NCBI GenBank assembly: GCA_903822015.1
Contig: CAIJNQ010000280.1
Coordinates: forward strand, 1-51,561
DNA: 51,561 nucleotides
DNA from: an uncultured Verrucomicrobia subdivision 3 bacterium
GTDB taxonomy: Bacteria; Verrucomicrobiota; Verrucomicrobiia; Limisphaerales; UBA11358
Direction: 5' to 3'
Notes under the pieces: generated by a model
What the model saw: the letters and a program-made list of their open reading frames with translations, nothing else
What the model was told of the DNA's origin: nothing
Databases searched by the model: none
Shown here: positions 50,618 through 51,561 of the stretch, piece after piece
How positions within the stretch are numbered: the stretch's first letter is position 1
Layout: every line of letters begins with the position of its first letter
Translations under genes and position numbers: made by a program

Positions 50618-51269
50618 AAAAAAGGTTTGGTTCCGCCGGTTTCAGCGGCGCGAACGTCATCCGATGGATCGGGCAAGCGCCGTGCGCCGCAATCGCCGCT
50701 AGATGTTTCGCCGTGCCGTAGCCTTTGTGCTCGGCAAAACCGTATTCGGGAAACTGCACGGCATAGTCCCGCATCAGCCGGTCGCGCGTGACCTTGGCCA
50801 GTACGCTCGCGGCGGCGATGGAATAGCTCCGCGCATCGCCTTTTACGATGGCCGTCTGTGGTACGCGCAATGTTTTCACCGGCCGGCCGTCCACCAGCGC
50901 ATGCGGCGGCAGCGGCTGCAACTGCGCCAGCGCCTCGTTCATCGCGCGGTGCGTCGCCTGCAGGATGTTGATCTCATCAATCACGCCCGCGTCCACCGCG
51001 GCGATGGCAAACTCGATCTCCGCGCAGCGGGTGAGAAAGGCAAAATACGTTTCACGCTGCAATTCGGTGAGCTGTTTGGAATCGTTCAAGCCGGCGAGTT
51101 CGTCGGGTAACCCGGTATCCGCCCAGCGCGGCGGCAGGATGGCGGCGGCGGCAACCACCGGCCCCGCCAGCGGCCCGCGTCCCGCCTCATCCACGCCCGC
51201 CACCCGTGTGACGTTTTGCCGCCAGAGCTCGCGCTCAAATTCAAAACGGTCAGTTGGTTTTGCAGCCAT
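50616..51269 (-). CDS. rnhB: Ribonuclease HII
   Basis: VAGVDEAGRGPLAGPVVAAA, DSKQL and HKGYG motifs. Confidence 0.95.
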   Translation of the reverse strand: MAAKPTDRFEFERELWRQNVTRVAGVDEAGRGPLAGPVVAAAAILPPRWADTGLPDELAGLNDSKQLTELQRETYFAFLTRCAEIEFAIAAVDAGVIDEINILQATHRAMNEALAQLQPLPPHALVDGRPVKTLRVPQTAIVKGDARSYSIAAASVLAKVTRDRLMRDYAVQFPEYGFAEHKGYGTAKHLAAIAAHGACPIHRMTFAPLKPAEPNLF

Positions 51270-51480
51270 TAAAGTGGATTCACAATGACGCGCCCCACAA
51301 TGTCAGGCAATGAAAAATCCATCCTCAATCCTCGCCTGAGCTTTCGCGCCTTTGCGTGAGCCTCCGCATTCCTGTTTCGTTCTGCCGCTTCACTGCTAAC
51401 TGACGACTGCCAGCTGCCCACTGATTTTGGCTTCAAAATCTGTGTTTCATCCGTGTACATCTGTGGCTAAAATAACTCCC

Positions 51481-51561
51481 ATGAAAATCGAATCCCTTCG
51501 CATTGGCCAGCGCGTGCAGCACCCGCAGTACGGCACGGGCACCGTTCGCGGCCTCGCGCCG
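51481..51561 (+). CDS. 5' end of an unidentified CDS leaving the window (partial)
   Basis: ATG at 51481 (MKIESLRIGQRVQHPQYGTGTVRGLAP...) is open to the window edge. The G-x-V-x-H-x-x-x-G-x-G motif is reminiscent of small DUF3553/helicase-C-terminal-like domains, which is too little sequence to decide. Confidence 0.3.
   Translation, partial: MKIESLRIGQRVQHPQYGTGTVRGLAP

Overview
A 51.6 kb, high-GC, densely coding chromosomal segment. From gene content and repeat style it most likely comes from a Verrucomicrobiota-like bacterium (inference). I support about 46 protein-coding genes and found no rRNA, tRNA or CRISPR array by eye.

Gene content:
- Housekeeping: rnc, proB, mazG, rplU-rpmA-obg, rsmD, deoC, purF, hsp20-lon, rnhB, yraN.
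- A roughly 10.4 kb six-gene operon (2590-12969) carrying two tandem but differently built circularly permuted ATP-grasp / alpha-E / transglutaminase modules. This is a computationally described system that is still biochemically uncharacterised.
- asnB-like and GT39/ArnT-like genes.
- A copA gene translationally coupled to DUF2071 and DCC-thiol-oxidoreductase genes.
- A gspF-H-I-J-K pseudopilin operon.

Most notable structural observations:
1. A visibly low-GC cassette of about 2.7 kb encodes a BspA-type LRR surface protein. It sits between rnhB and yraN and is bracketed by about 139-nt direct repeats (about 88% identical) of the yraN 5' coding region, which leaves a frameshifted yraN 5' fragment.
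2. A TPR-like gene is split by a frameshift exactly in an A8 homopolymer.
3. Nearly every intergenic gap carries short tandem 'word' arrays with 7-9 nt periods, like cyanobacterial STRRs. Two arrays abut start codons and two array-like inserts lie in-frame inside copA.
4. Three same-orientation double-hairpin REP-like elements lie within 2.1 kb.

All calls come from reading the ORF translations and the sequence. No database search was run.
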